From a virus, in IMG/VR virus record IMGVR_UViG_3300005274_000001, positions 32,001 through 96,000 of that record: DNA of 64,000 bases. The stretch is one strand, 5' to 3'. Position 1 is the stretch's first letter; every line of letters begins with the position of its first letter. The notes under the pieces are model-generated. The model was not told the origin of the DNA. It saw only the letters and a program-made list of their open reading frames with translations, and made no database searches. A program made the position numbers and the translations under genes. Below are positions 1 through 10,093 of the stretch, piece by piece.

Positions 1-379
1 TATCAATAGGATCGAAAGACCAAACAAAAAGGGACATCTTAAACTCTTCTATAAAACCATAAATATCCTTTTTCAAAACATTGCCTATAAACCTCTTACT
101 TCCTTGACTATCTAAAGCAATGTTTATACCTCTTTTAAACAAAAATTCGTTGTCGTTATTAGCATTTTTCAATGTTGTGAAGTAAGTAGCAGAAGGAAAA
201 GCAGTAGTTATGCTGAGTTTATTTCTTAGGTTCAATTGATTAAAAATGTTTTTAAAGTAGTCTACAAAAACTAGTTTTGGGTTTGGATAAGAAGGTATAG
301 GCAAATCGCTATTTGGAACATAGTTCTGAGCAATAGTTAGAAACTCTAAATCGTTTGTTAGATCGCTAAAATTTGACAT
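1..379 (-). CDS. Partial ORF (runs off left edge), probable virion head/neck/tail-completion protein
   Basis: ATG at 379 preceded by GGAG; reading (MSNFSDLTNDLEF...WSFDPID) continues to the window edge; lies in the structural cluster. Confidence 0.7.
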   Translation of the reverse strand, partial: MSNFSDLTNDLEFLTIAQNYVPNSDLPIPSYPNPKLVFVDYFKNIFNQLNLRNKLSITTAFPSATYFTTLKNANNDNEFLFKRGINIALDSQGSKRFIGNVLKKDIYGFIEEFKMSLFVWSFDPID

Positions 380-381
380 AT

Positions 382-1044
382 CTACTGCTCCTTGTTAACT
401 GCATCAATAAAAATGTTCTTTAAAATATCTTCTATTTCCTCATTTTTGGCATTAAGAACATTAACCGATTCTACGACTTCTGTATAACTTGAATTGTCAA
501 ATCTAACATCTTCCTTACCCAAAGCAGTTCTTGCAGATAGATAGTGTGTAGAAACTTTAAAAGATTTATATAACATTCCAGCTAACCAAATGTCTTTTGG
601 CTCAGAATCTACATAAACACTTGTATAAAGTGTACCATTAGCAGAGTAAATATCGAACCTATCTCTTATAAAGAACAATCTACCCTCTTCTTGGAGTTTT
701 AAAAGTTTTACTGGAATTTCTGGTTTGGTTACCATTCTAAAGTTGTCCATAAAAAACACACCTTCACGCCTTCTTTGCGGGGCATTGGGATTATCTATTA
801 CTATAGCAATAGTTTCTATTGGATCTTTATAAACAACACCGCTACCACCACAAACAGGGCAATTTATTGAAGGACTTAGTGTTCTTTTATCAAAACAGGC
901 TTTGCCGTCTGGAAAACGATAATTACAAAGTTCAGCCTCATAATATAAAACTTTATAACCGCCCATAAAAAAGGCTTTCTCTACTATATTTTTTGCTATA
1001 GAATATAACCTTGTTGAAGGATACTCATTAAATTTAAATTTCAT
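382..1044 (-). CDS. Putative head-completion/neck protein with Zn-finger
   Basis: 220 aa; C..C..CPVCGGSG motif; two genes downstream of the major capsid gene. Confidence 0.5.
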   Translation of the reverse strand: MKFKFNEYPSTRLYSIAKNIVEKAFFMGGYKVLYYEAELCNYRFPDGKACFDKRTLSPSINCPVCGGSGVVYKDPIETIAIVIDNPNAPQRRREGVFFMDNFRMVTKPEIPVKLLKLQEEGRLFFIRDRFDIYSANGTLYTSVYVDSEPKDIWLAGMLYKSFKVSTHYLSARTALGKEDVRFDNSSYTEVVESVNVLNAKNEEIEDILKNIFIDAVNKEQ

Positions 1045-1054
1045 CTTCCATTAT

Positions 1055-1570
1055 TTAGAATACCTCAATCTTTTCAAGATTTCTTATGAAAGAAGTTTGT
1101 TGAAGTTCGCCCAAAGTCTTTTCTTTAAAAAATCCACTTTTCATTTTAAATACATAAAGTTCGCTTTCCTTAAAATTCAATAAATCGTTTTTGTTAAAGA
1201 AAATAATCGTATGCGAAAAAGAATAGTTTACTCTTGAAGCTAAGTTATACCTGTATATTCTGTACACATTAGTTAGGTAAATTATTTTTTCCTGTATTAG
1301 TTGCTTTAGTGTTTCTATTGATAGAGTAAATGACTTTTTGCTGTTTCTGAATAGAGAAATTTTTATCATTGAATTTTCACCAGCAAAAATGATTTCGTTA
1401 GCATCTAGAAATCTTAAAAAATCAACAGTACTTACATAAAAAATATTTGTCGAAATCTTGCTTTTTCCTAGATTAATGTAACACTTCAGGTTAAATTTTC
1501 TAAAGTTAAAATTTCTTTGAAGATACTCTTCATAACGCTCAATGGTTTTTAGCTTGTTCAAAAGACTCAT
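1055..1570 (-). CDS. Hypothetical protein, outlier member of the EVF-tail family
   Basis: 171 aa, basic/aromatic, ends KIEVF; own extended -10 promoter (TGtTATAAT, 1580-1588). Confidence 0.75.
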   Translation of the reverse strand: MSLLNKLKTIERYEEYLQRNFNFRKFNLKCYINLGKSKISTNIFYVSTVDFLRFLDANEIIFAGENSMIKISLFRNSKKSFTLSIETLKQLIQEKIIYLTNVYRIYRYNLASRVNYSFSHTIIFFNKNDLLNFKESELYVFKMKSGFFKEKTLGELQQTSFIRNLEKIEVF

Positions 1571-1586
1571 GCTAGCCTCATTATAA

Positions 1587-1619
1587 CAAAAAAAAGAATG
1601 CCCCCAATAAATGGGGGCA
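1587..1619 (-). terminator. Rho-independent terminator after major capsid gene
   Basis: TGCCCCCA-TTTAT-TGGGGGCA hairpin followed by a T-tract on the - strand. Confidence 0.85.
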
Positions 1620-1641
1620 CATGTTTAGTTTGCTTTAAGCT

Positions 1642-3054
1642 TTATACAACGGGTTCCTGACCAACATTGACGATGAGGAAGTTGAATTCTGGAGCCCTAG
1701 AGAATACAGAAGCTACCTTCCAAATTACATAATCGTGAGTTAGAGCGGGAGGTAGTCTGTAAAGTTCCATTCCGATCCATACAGCCATAGTAGTTACATT
1801 TGGATCTATGCCCACTACTACACCAGTTCCAGGAATCTTCTTCCATCTATAGACACCGGAAGGAGTAGTAACGGTTTCATGACCATCGTCTAACCAAGTG
1901 AAATCGCCGTTTACAGTAGATACCTTAACACGCTTGTAGAACTTGAATTCTTGAGAACCTGGATCCTTTCTGTAAACATCAAGCCACTTTACATTAACAA
2001 GACCTTGGAATTGGAATTGAACACCCTTACCAGCATCAGCAGTATCAATAGGTACATCTACATACTTAGCAGCACTTTCGCCATAGAAGTTTGCGGCCTT
2101 AAAAGCGTAGCTGTAAACTGTTGCATTATTAGGATCGCCAAGACCACTATCGTAGGGAAGAGTTACGAAAGTAACTGTGCTGTTGACAGTCCAAGAGTTG
2201 GAAGGAGCAGCAAAATCGCCTACTTCGGCACCGAAGCGGGCAGGGTTAAACTTATGGAAATCACCAAGGAACTGAGAAGGATAAAGAGAGTGTTCACCAC
2301 GAACGCCGATATAGGACTGAGCATCTGCACCAAGCAGACCAGCCCTTCTATCGGCAGTAGTCATTACTCTAGCAATTTGGTAGAAAGAAGCTTGTAAGTT
2401 AAGCTTGTCAACATAGCTGATGAATACAGCAGTAGGATTAGCGAAAGCCTGTGTGGATACTACTCTACTTTCGGCTTCCCAAAGGAGATCAATAGAAAGA
2501 GGTTTGCCCTGAGCGTCAAGAACATTTTGAGGGGCACCACGCTTAATTATGTTAATAATGCCGTCCTGTTGCAGGTTGTTGGGGCTACCAGGAGCATCAT
2601 CACCAAGAAGGTTATCGCCATAGAAAGCGAGATATTCAAATTCGTTTGCTACAGCAATCATCTTTTCACGCTTTACAAGCTCATCGATTTGCATTACGCC
2701 GTTTTGAGTGGTCCTGGTAGCAAGCTCGGTAACTGTGATTCTGTGCCCGACAAGCATTGGCCTAATGCGTCTACGGGCAACATTGACCTCTACAGTCCTA
2801 GGAAGACCACCTTCACGGAAAGCAGCATAACCAATCTTATCATGACGAGCGGTTACGACATTGTATTCGTGCTCATAAGCCTTTGCCTTTACAGCGTACT
2901 TGGAAAGAAGATCAGTAAGTGGAGTATCAAGAACGTTGAGTTGGGTTAGTTCAGGCTCCAAATCCTCTCTCTCTAAAGACTCAGCAACTTGACCAGCTGC
3001 GTTTAGTGCTTTTAGTGTGGCTTCATCTAAGTGCTTCAAATGTTCGTATGGCAT
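1642..3054 (-). CDS. Major capsid protein
   Basis: 470 aa; N-terminal SLEREDLEPELTQL, HEYNVV, FREGG and E..AFYGD...QDGI motifs typical of SPO1/Twort-like capsid proteins; strong AGGAGG SD; follows protease gene; LKA|L putative processing site. Confidence 0.88.
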   Translation of the reverse strand: MPYEHLKHLDEATLKALNAAGQVAESLEREDLEPELTQLNVLDTPLTDLLSKYAVKAKAYEHEYNVVTARHDKIGYAAFREGGLPRTVEVNVARRRIRPMLVGHRITVTELATRTTQNGVMQIDELVKREKMIAVANEFEYLAFYGDNLLGDDAPGSPNNLQQDGIINIIKRGAPQNVLDAQGKPLSIDLLWEAESRVVSTQAFANPTAVFISYVDKLNLQASFYQIARVMTTADRRAGLLGADAQSYIGVRGEHSLYPSQFLGDFHKFNPARFGAEVGDFAAPSNSWTVNSTVTFVTLPYDSGLGDPNNATVYSYAFKAANFYGESAAKYVDVPIDTADAGKGVQFQFQGLVNVKWLDVYRKDPGSQEFKFYKRVKVSTVNGDFTWLDDGHETVTTPSGVYRWKKIPGTGVVVGIDPNVTTMAVWIGMELYRLPPALTHDYVIWKVASVFSRAPEFNFLIVNVGQEPVV

Positions 3055-3089
3055 ATTTGTTTTACCTCCTCTTCAAATCATATAATAGC

Positions 3090-4733
3090 TTATTGGCTAA
3101 TTTTACGATTATTCTTGTATTGCCTGTAGATAAGCTCGAATTCTTCAGGTTCTAGACCAAATTCTTCTTTTGCATAGTTGTAAAGTTCCATTTTCTTTTC
3201 ATTAAGCTGAATTGGAGTTCCTTTGTAAGTTAGATATTCTTGTATTTTTTCCTCTAAGCTCTTTAGCTTAGTCTTGTTAGCTAGGATAGACTTTAACTTT
3301 TCTTGAAAACCACTTTCAAATGTACCCGCTTGAGGATGCACCTCAGCGTTTACACCAAGCTTAGGAGCATTGCTAACGCTGTTTAGGGACTTAGTTGTAG
3401 ATTCAAGCTTTTCGTTGACTTCTTTGTAAAGATTTTCAAATGAAGAAAGAGATTTTTCTACACTTTCAATTTTTTCGTTATAGGCTTCAAGTTTGTTAAG
3501 AACAGACTTTAGTTCTGCAAAGTTTTCAAGACTAGCCTCAACGATGTCCACAATGTAGTTAACCCTGTTTTCCAGAGAAGCTACCTTAGCCTCAACAAAG
3601 GACTTAAGCTCTGCAAGCGAACTAGAAACGACTGCATTTTCGCTTTCTTCTTGTGGAGCCCTAGAAGAAAGCATAGAAATAACTTCAGAAAGTTTTTCCT
3701 CTAGGAAGTCTAGTTTATCGAGGATGTAATTAAATGTTTCCTTGTCTTCCTTTTTGTGTTCTTCTACCTCTTCTTGAACTAAAGCAACTTCGTCTTGCGC
3801 TTCATCACTTTGAACTTCTGAAGCGCCCTCTTCTTTAGCTTCTTCAGAAACTTCAGAAGCTTCTTCAGAGGCTTCTCCTTGTAGATCGCCTAAGTCTAAG
3901 ACCTGAGCTTCATCTTGCTTCATTTCTTGTTCTTCTTCAGAAGCATCCTCTGAAGTAGCCTCTGGAGTTTCTTCCCCCAAGGCTTCAAGAACATCTTCTT
4001 GCTTTTCTTCTTCTAGGTTTTTTAGGTCTTTTGCCATAGTATCTTCCTCCATAGCTTTTTCTATACTATTATAAACTAGACTTTTTAAGACTTTAACAAA
4101 GGTATCAATATTTATTGGTTGTCCAGTAATAGAAACTTCATATAAGCGCATTTTGGGAGGTACATTTACATACATTCCATTGACAACCTTTGTTTGTGAT
4201 TTGCCGATAGGTATAGCTCCTATAGATAGACCAATTTTATTAGTAAATCTATCATCAGCAGATTGAAGATGTTTATAGACTTTTTGCGCAAGTTCATGAT
4301 TCTTGTCTAACAATATCCAAACATAAAGCTTGTTGTCATAAATTTCTGCTGCAATAGGAATTCCAATAGGAACATCTATGTCAGGATGTTTTGAAGGATT
4401 TCCAGCGTGCTTATAGCCGTGCTCATAGAAAATTCTTCCTGAATTCACAAATTCTTCTAAAGAATCTCCAAAAGTGTATTTAACATCTAGAATCGCATCA
4501 TTAACTAAATCAATGCTAGGTGTAGAGGCTACGCCAAATATTACCCAATCACCAGGCTTTAGATCAAGATTTTTTCTCTTTACAAAAAATTCTCCTTTGA
4601 TAGGTTTTATTTCTGGAACTTTATCAGCAAAAAGTTCTGCACCACTAGGCGTTGTATAGACATGTGTGCTTTTTATTACTTCAAATGTTGTTTCTAATGG
4701 AATATTAAGCACTTCCTTCATGGCTTTACTCAT
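3090..4733 (-). CDS. Prohead protease with C-terminal acidic/coiled-coil scaffold
   Basis: FGVASTPSIDLVND, FYEHG, PIG, GLSIG, LYEVSITGQPIN motifs of HK97-type prohead proteases; likely start ATG 4733 coupled to upstream stop. Confidence 0.85.
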   Translation of the reverse strand: MSKAMKEVLNIPLETTFEVIKSTHVYTTPSGAELFADKVPEIKPIKGEFFVKRKNLDLKPGDWVIFGVASTPSIDLVNDAILDVKYTFGDSLEEFVNSGRIFYEHGYKHAGNPSKHPDIDVPIGIPIAAEIYDNKLYVWILLDKNHELAQKVYKHLQSADDRFTNKIGLSIGAIPIGKSQTKVVNGMYVNVPPKMRLYEVSITGQPINIDTFVKVLKSLVYNSIEKAMEEDTMAKDLKNLEEEKQEDVLEALGEETPEATSEDASEEEQEMKQDEAQVLDLGDLQGEASEEASEVSEEAKEEGASEVQSDEAQDEVALVQEEVEEHKKEDKETFNYILDKLDFLEEKLSEVISMLSSRAPQEESENAVVSSSLAELKSFVEAKVASLENRVNYIVDIVEASLENFAELKSVLNKLEAYNEKIESVEKSLSSFENLYKEVNEKLESTTKSLNSVSNAPKLGVNAEVHPQAGTFESGFQEKLKSILANKTKLKSLEEKIQEYLTYKGTPIQLNEKKMELYNYAKEEFGLEPEEFELIYRQYKNNRKISQ

Positions 4734-4992
4734 TATAGTTTTTGTTGTAAAATTTTTCAGCTTCTCGCCAAAGAAGTTCAAGAAACCAATTTTCAAAGGT
4801 ATCTAGGTGAAAATAATCTAAAATCTCTTCCTCTTTAATATCGAATAATTTTATGGTATCAATGAAAGCTTTTACTGCTTCGTCAATAAGCCTTTGTTTT
4901 TCTTCTTTATCGTCTGTGTTGTTAGCCTCTTGTAACCTGGATTTCATAAATAATGTTGTGATAGCTGCAATAAGTTGTTTACTTAGTTTCAT
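4726..4992 (-). CDS. Hypothetical protein
   Basis: 88 aa ORF overlapping both neighbours (translational coupling). Confidence 0.7.
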   Translation of the reverse strand: MKLSKQLIAAITTLFMKSRLQEANNTDDKEEKQRLIDEAVKAFIDTIKLFDIKEEEILDYFHLDTFENWFLELLWREAEKFYNKNYNE

Positions 4993-7900
4993 CCTCTTTC
5001 TCCTTTTCTAAGGCGAGTTTATAGTCCTCTATCAATCGTTTTATCATCGGATAATAAGTTGGATATCTGTTTTTAAATTCTTCTTCGCCATAAAGGAAAT
5101 AAAATTCTAAAGCAGTCGAAGGAACTTCTATGATGTTGAAGAAAGAGTAGAAGTTCATTATTTCGTATTCCTTCATCATTTCATCTAATTTTCTTTCAAA
5201 TTCTTCGCCGTTTTCTGATATTTTTTTCTGAGCGTCTTCGAGAAACTTGTAATAGTTTGAATATAGAACTTGAAGATCGCTATTTAAATTTGTTGATGTT
5301 ATTTGAATTCTATCTAACAAGTTTTTATCTAGTCCCAACTCGTCTACTGCTCTTTTTGTAAACTCAACTATTCTAGGTCTTTGGTATTTAAGAAAAGTCA
5401 AAGTGATAAAATCTGGAATTTCTTTAGACATCTCTTGAATTTCTCTAGGATCAAACCTTTCTTTTTCACTTTCTCTTTCAATGATATTTTCTATAGTGTC
5501 GTTTATATCTATTTTTACATCGTCTTCTTCTGATATATGAGTGTCTACTTCGTCTTCTTTTCCTCTTACTAAATCTTTTATTTGATGATATGCGTTTGCT
5601 AGCGCATGACCAACTTCGTGCATTAAAGTGGAAGTAAAAGCTTGTACTATTCTAGTGTACATACTTTCTTCTTTATTTTGTGTCGTTATTTCTTTTTGAT
5701 AATCATGTAAGGTGTCAAATGTTCTTTTTTTAAGTGTTGCAGCGGCCTTTATTCCTCTCAACATCATGCTGATAGAAGGTCTTGGAAGCTGTTTTGTTAA
5801 TAGGTAAGCTATTGGATTTATGTTGATTGTATTTCCTAACGCATAATACCAACCATTAGGATTAATGACAATATTTATGTACTTTTCAGATAATTCTTTA
5901 ACGAAATTAAACCAATCTTCACCCAACAAAGGTTTTGCTTTTTCTAACATTTTGCTAAACATTAAAGAAGACATAGGGGTATCAAAGGGTGAATGGTATC
6001 CAACTAGAGATTCACCAAGACCTTGTGCATTAACAGATTCAGGCGGTGGAGGACTTGTTCTTATGTTGTCTTCATTAGACAAGGCGACTGAACTTTTTCC
6101 TTCTGTTGAAAGCTCGATAGCGCTCTTTATTAAGAATTTTACAAAAGCATTTTTATCTATTCGATTGTTAAACCACTTAAAAAATTTATTAAGAGTTAGC
6201 CTTTCCTTTAAGTCTTCTTGTGCATCTGTTAGAAAGTTGTTGAAAGAATCCAACTCGTCAATAATTTCTTCCTCGCTTTTCCCAATAGAATGTAAGTACT
6301 CTACAAGCGCATGCATGTACACATGAAAACCTAAATCTCTTACTGAAACCTTATAAACATTTTTTCCAATTCTAACTTTTGCTGACAACTCTAGTCCTCT
6401 TATTTTATCGTTAGTCGTGTAGTCAACAACTTCAAAATTTTGCAAAGAAAGTCTTAGTTTATCTAAAGTACTCATTTTTTCTTTTGACGAAAGCGCTTTT
6501 CTTAATTCGCTAACTTTGCTAGAAACAAAGCCCTCTAAAGCTTTGCGTCTAGAGTAGCTATCTTTGGGCAAAAAGTAAGCTCCACCTCTACCAATAAAAG
6601 CTAAAGTCATTGCTTGCAAATCGCTTGGAGATAGGAAATTTGGATCGTTTATTTGGTATAAGAATGTATGATCTAAACTTCTTAAAGCAAGTTCTTTTGG
6701 AAGAATTTCAAGAAGGCCATATGTTTCAGGATTTTTGTCTAGCAACTCCTCAAGAGTCTTTTCAAAGAAAAATTCTTTCATTTCTTCGATGTGAACAAGT
6801 TCATAAAAATGCTCAGAATTCTTTTTTATGGAAAACTCTGGAGAAGGAATTCTCACTCTTAACGCTGGCTTTCCTGATGAATTTACAATTCTTACAAAAT
6901 CTAATTTCTTTTTTCTGTCTATAATGCCACTTTCATCAACGCTGTAAAGCGAAAGAAAGTTCTTCTCTTCCTTTTCTGTGTAAATCAAATCAGAGTTTTC
7001 TACTAACCTCCTCATTGCATCAACGATAATTGCCTTATATCTAGAAGTTAAAAATGCAGGAAACTTTTCAGGTTTCTCTTTTTCAAAAATTCCAATTAGA
7101 GAGTTTGCCATCAAATTATTTCTCATTGCAAATAGAGATGTGTAGACTTTTTTGTATTCTTTTTGTATCTCACTTATTTCTTTGCTGAAAGTTTCTAAAA
7201 CACTTTTATCGCTTCCAACGAAATACATTAAGTCTTCTCGTATGAAGTGTTCCAAGTAATACATCATTGATTCTAGCGATGCAATAGTTCTCTTTGTGAT
7301 TCTTTTATTTTTGTCAATATCATTTAGCATTTTGTTGATTGACGAAACGACATTTTCTATTCCTTTTAGAATATCTGCTTTCTGCTCAACAGAAATAGAA
7401 GAAATTTTACTTAGTAGATTAGTGATGTTTTGATAAGACTTTATAATTGATTCAAAATGTTCTCCAGAAGTAACCTTAAAATACTCAGCTAAAGTTGAAG
7501 GGTTTGCTAGGTATGTCAGAAGATTTGTAGCAGCTATTCTATACATTAGTTTCTTTTCACCTGAAGAACTCAGTTCCTTTTCAACGATTTTGTCGTATGC
7601 ATATATCATATAATCTGTAAAGTCAGCTACTGCGCCAATTGCACTAAGATTATTTGGCTCTGCAACATAAGGCAATCTTTTTGTAGAAATATCTGTAAGA
7701 AACTCTACAAATCCTTTTACAAAGTCAGCTACTTCAAAAAGTTTTTCTGGAGAATTTTCATACTTTTCTATGATTGCCTTTATGATTGGAAAAACTTTTT
7801 CTGTTATAAGAGATTCGCTTTTGTTATGATGTCGACTGAGTAGTGTGTTTATAATGTCTACAACATATCTCAGTTCTGGTATATCTTCAGAAGGCTTTCT

Positions 7901-9553
7901 CTGAGAAAACGCCTCTAGAATTCTGTACAAGTTGTCGTCTTCAAGCATTTCTTTTATTCCTTCAGGATCAAATTGTATTTCTCTAGCCAAAATAGAAGTA
8001 TCAGTATATTTAGCTAGTTCTGGAGAAATTAAAGTAGCAATTTTTGCATCTGCAAAAAAGTCAGCTAAATCTGAAGCAACATCAGAATCTTTGTAAGGAT
8101 CAAGAAAGAATCTCCTTATATAAGTTGATGCAGGTATGTTCTCTGAAAGTAAGTTTATTTCCTCAGAAAACACATGTTCTAGAAAGGTTTCTTTATAAGA
8201 GCGCTCACTAGGTAAGAAGAAAGACAAAAACAAAGTCAGACTATGCACATCATCTTCTTTTAATATGGGGTCTTTAGAAGAAAAAGAAACAACCTGCTCA
8301 GTTGCAAAGTCTAGAAGTTTGTTTAAAGACTCTTTGTATCTTGCTTCATGTACTGCTATTTCAACATCGTTAGAAGAGTCGTATGCTTCTTCTAACGCAC
8401 CAAGATTTTTCATAGATTCTGCAATTAGTTCTTTTAGCTTAAAGTAAGAACCTTCTTCTGATGATTGGTCTAATGACGCAAACAAGGCAAGCGCAGATAG
8501 TATAACTTCTCCTTTAGAATTTACAAACTCTTTAAAAGTTTTTTGAATGGTAAGAGGAGCCAATATAGCTTTATCTGATCTAGGTGTTACTTCTAGAAGA
8601 ACTTCAAAAAAAGAACTTAGATAATTTTTGATGTTTTCTGGAGAAGAGAGGTCAAATCCATATAAGTTTCTTTGTAAGAAATTGTTTATATCAAGCATGA
8701 CTTTTACTAAGCTCTTTTTAGACATTATTTCTTCAACTGTAAGCTCTATAAGCGCCTTTGGCGATAAGGCGTAAATTAAATTTCTTTCTATATCGTAAAG
8801 ATCTATTCGTGCTTTTGAAAAGTATATTCCTTTTAGCCTGTCTTTGTATAGGTTATAGAAAGACAAAAACCAATTAGCGTCTACATCTATTTGAACGCCG
8901 TTGTATTTTGAAACAACTAAATAAGTAAGAACATTTAAAGCGCCATCAGAAATATCGTGCAAGTAGTTAGACAAAAACTTCTTTAGCTCTTGAAAAACAC
9001 CTTCCTGCTTAAATACAAATGTTATGTCTTCTTGTCCTATCAAATCGTACTTGTCTAAATAGCCCTTTTCTAACAAAAAACCAATTGCTAAAGAAGTCAT
9101 CAAAGTAAAAAATCCTGATACTGGCTTAAATTCACGAAGAACTTCCCAATTTTCATCAATTCCTAAAATGTTGTTTAATTCAATTATATTTCCTTCACTA
9201 GCATCTATATCAAAAACGCTTTCGTCTAGCTTTTCTACAAATTCTTCTACATAGTTACTTTCTTCTTCTTTTTCGGATTCCTGAAAATTTTCTTCTCTAT
9301 AGCTTTCATAAACCTGTTGTCCTTGCGCAACTTGATATTTTTGTGCATATTTTTCGTATTCTTCTAGTATCCAGTTAGAATCAGGTTGATTTACAATAAC
9401 GCCGTTCTTAGGTTTAATTACTTGTCCTTCAAAAAATACAAAGGTAGTTGGATAATCTTTGTGATAAAGAACAAATCCTTCAGGAACCCTTTTTACGACA
9501 TCATAATCTTTTTCTGTCGTAATAGGACCAGTTACTGAGTAAAAAGTGCCCAT
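4979..9553 (-). CDS. Large putative internal virion protein with C-terminal zincin metallopeptidase
   Basis: ~1524 aa; LMHEVGHAL (HExxH) plus downstream YSFFNIIE...YPTYY motif; N-terminal module shared with neighbours. Confidence 0.7.
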   Translation of the reverse strand: MGTFYSVTGPITTEKDYDVVKRVPEGFVLYHKDYPTTFVFFEGQVIKPKNGVIVNQPDSNWILEEYEKYAQKYQVAQGQQVYESYREENFQESEKEEESNYVEEFVEKLDESVFDIDASEGNIIELNNILGIDENWEVLREFKPVSGFFTLMTSLAIGFLLEKGYLDKYDLIGQEDITFVFKQEGVFQELKKFLSNYLHDISDGALNVLTYLVVSKYNGVQIDVDANWFLSFYNLYKDRLKGIYFSKARIDLYDIERNLIYALSPKALIELTVEEIMSKKSLVKVMLDINNFLQRNLYGFDLSSPENIKNYLSSFFEVLLEVTPRSDKAILAPLTIQKTFKEFVNSKGEVILSALALFASLDQSSEEGSYFKLKELIAESMKNLGALEEAYDSSNDVEIAVHEARYKESLNKLLDFATEQVVSFSSKDPILKEDDVHSLTLFLSFFLPSERSYKETFLEHVFSEEINLLSENIPASTYIRRFFLDPYKDSDVASDLADFFADAKIATLISPELAKYTDTSILAREIQFDPEGIKEMLEDDNLYRILEAFSQRKPSEDIPELRYVVDIINTLLSRHHNKSESLITEKVFPIIKAIIEKYENSPEKLFEVADFVKGFVEFLTDISTKRLPYVAEPNNLSAIGAVADFTDYMIYAYDKIVEKELSSSGEKKLMYRIAATNLLTYLANPSTLAEYFKVTSGEHFESIIKSYQNITNLLSKISSISVEQKADILKGIENVVSSINKMLNDIDKNKRITKRTIASLESMMYYLEHFIREDLMYFVGSDKSVLETFSKEISEIQKEYKKVYTSLFAMRNNLMANSLIGIFEKEKPEKFPAFLTSRYKAIIVDAMRRLVENSDLIYTEKEEKNFLSLYSVDESGIIDRKKKLDFVRIVNSSGKPALRVRIPSPEFSIKKNSEHFYELVHIEEMKEFFFEKTLEELLDKNPETYGLLEILPKELALRSLDHTFLYQINDPNFLSPSDLQAMTLAFIGRGGAYFLPKDSYSRRKALEGFVSSKVSELRKALSSKEKMSTLDKLRLSLQNFEVVDYTTNDKIRGLELSAKVRIGKNVYKVSVRDLGFHVYMHALVEYLHSIGKSEEEIIDELDSFNNFLTDAQEDLKERLTLNKFFKWFNNRIDKNAFVKFLIKSAIELSTEGKSSVALSNEDNIRTSPPPPESVNAQGLGESLVGYHSPFDTPMSSLMFSKMLEKAKPLLGEDWFNFVKELSEKYINIVINPNGWYYALGNTININPIAYLLTKQLPRPSISMMLRGIKAAATLKKRTFDTLHDYQKEITTQNKEESMYTRIVQAFTSTLMHEVGHALANAYHQIKDLVRGKEDEVDTHISEEDDVKIDINDTIENIIERESEKERFDPREIQEMSKEIPDFITLTFLKYQRPRIVEFTKRAVDELGLDKNLLDRIQITSTNLNSDLQVLYSNYYKFLEDAQKKISENGEEFERKLDEMMKEYEIMNFYSFFNIIEVPSTALEFYFLYGEEEFKNRYPTYYPMIKRLIEDYKLALEKEKEDETK

Positions 9554-9574
9554 ATTCAAAATTTATTTTATCAT

Positions 9575-10093
9575 CTACCTTGCTATCTCTACAAAAGCCT
9601 TTATAATTTCATCTAAAATGAAAGACTCAGAAGCTTCTACGCCAATTTTAGACAAAGCATCTTTTACTATTCTCTTAAAATCTTCAACGACTGAAGCTGA
9701 TAGGTTGCTCTTGTTTACTTTGTGTTGATAGGCATCAATCTTATCAGGAAAATCTAGACCTTCAACCAAAGAAGACAGGTCTTCTTCACTTAAGTCATAA
9801 ACAGCCACAATTTTAGGTATTAGCGATTTCACAAGTTTTTCTTTAAATCTATTTCCAGAGTAATTCTTTATAACATCTCTAGCAGGAACTCTAAGTTCTT
9901 TGTCTTCAGGCTTTTCTTGAAGCACAAATTCTAAAAGCGCATCAAGAATTTCGTTTGTGTCAGAATAGTAAACTAATCTCTTGTCTTCTGAGATTCTAGC
10001 TTTCTCTTTTTCGATGTTTTCTGCTATTTTTTCAGCATCTTTGAGAAGTTCTTCATCTTTTTTATAAGGAAGAGAAGGAAGGTTGAACTTTTT
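9575..10093 (-). CDS. Probable frameshifted C-terminal part of the upstream 1604-aa protein
   Basis: Frame open from 10093 with no start codon until GTG 9925; overlaps the end of the upstream ORF at an A7 run. Confidence 0.65.
   Translation of the reverse strand, partial: KKFNLPSLPYKKDEELLKDAEKIAENIEKEKARISEDKRLVYYSDTNEILDALLEFVLQEKPEDKELRVPARDVIKNYSGNRFKEKLVKSLIPKIVAVYDLSEEDLSSLVEGLDFPDKIDAYQHKVNKSNLSASVVEDFKRIVKDALSKIGVEASESFILDEIIKAFVEIAR

Noticed and set aside
9984-10000. ARISED hexapeptide shared with the N-terminus of the 287-aa protein
   Set aside because: Isolated six-residue match with no flanking similarity; likely chance
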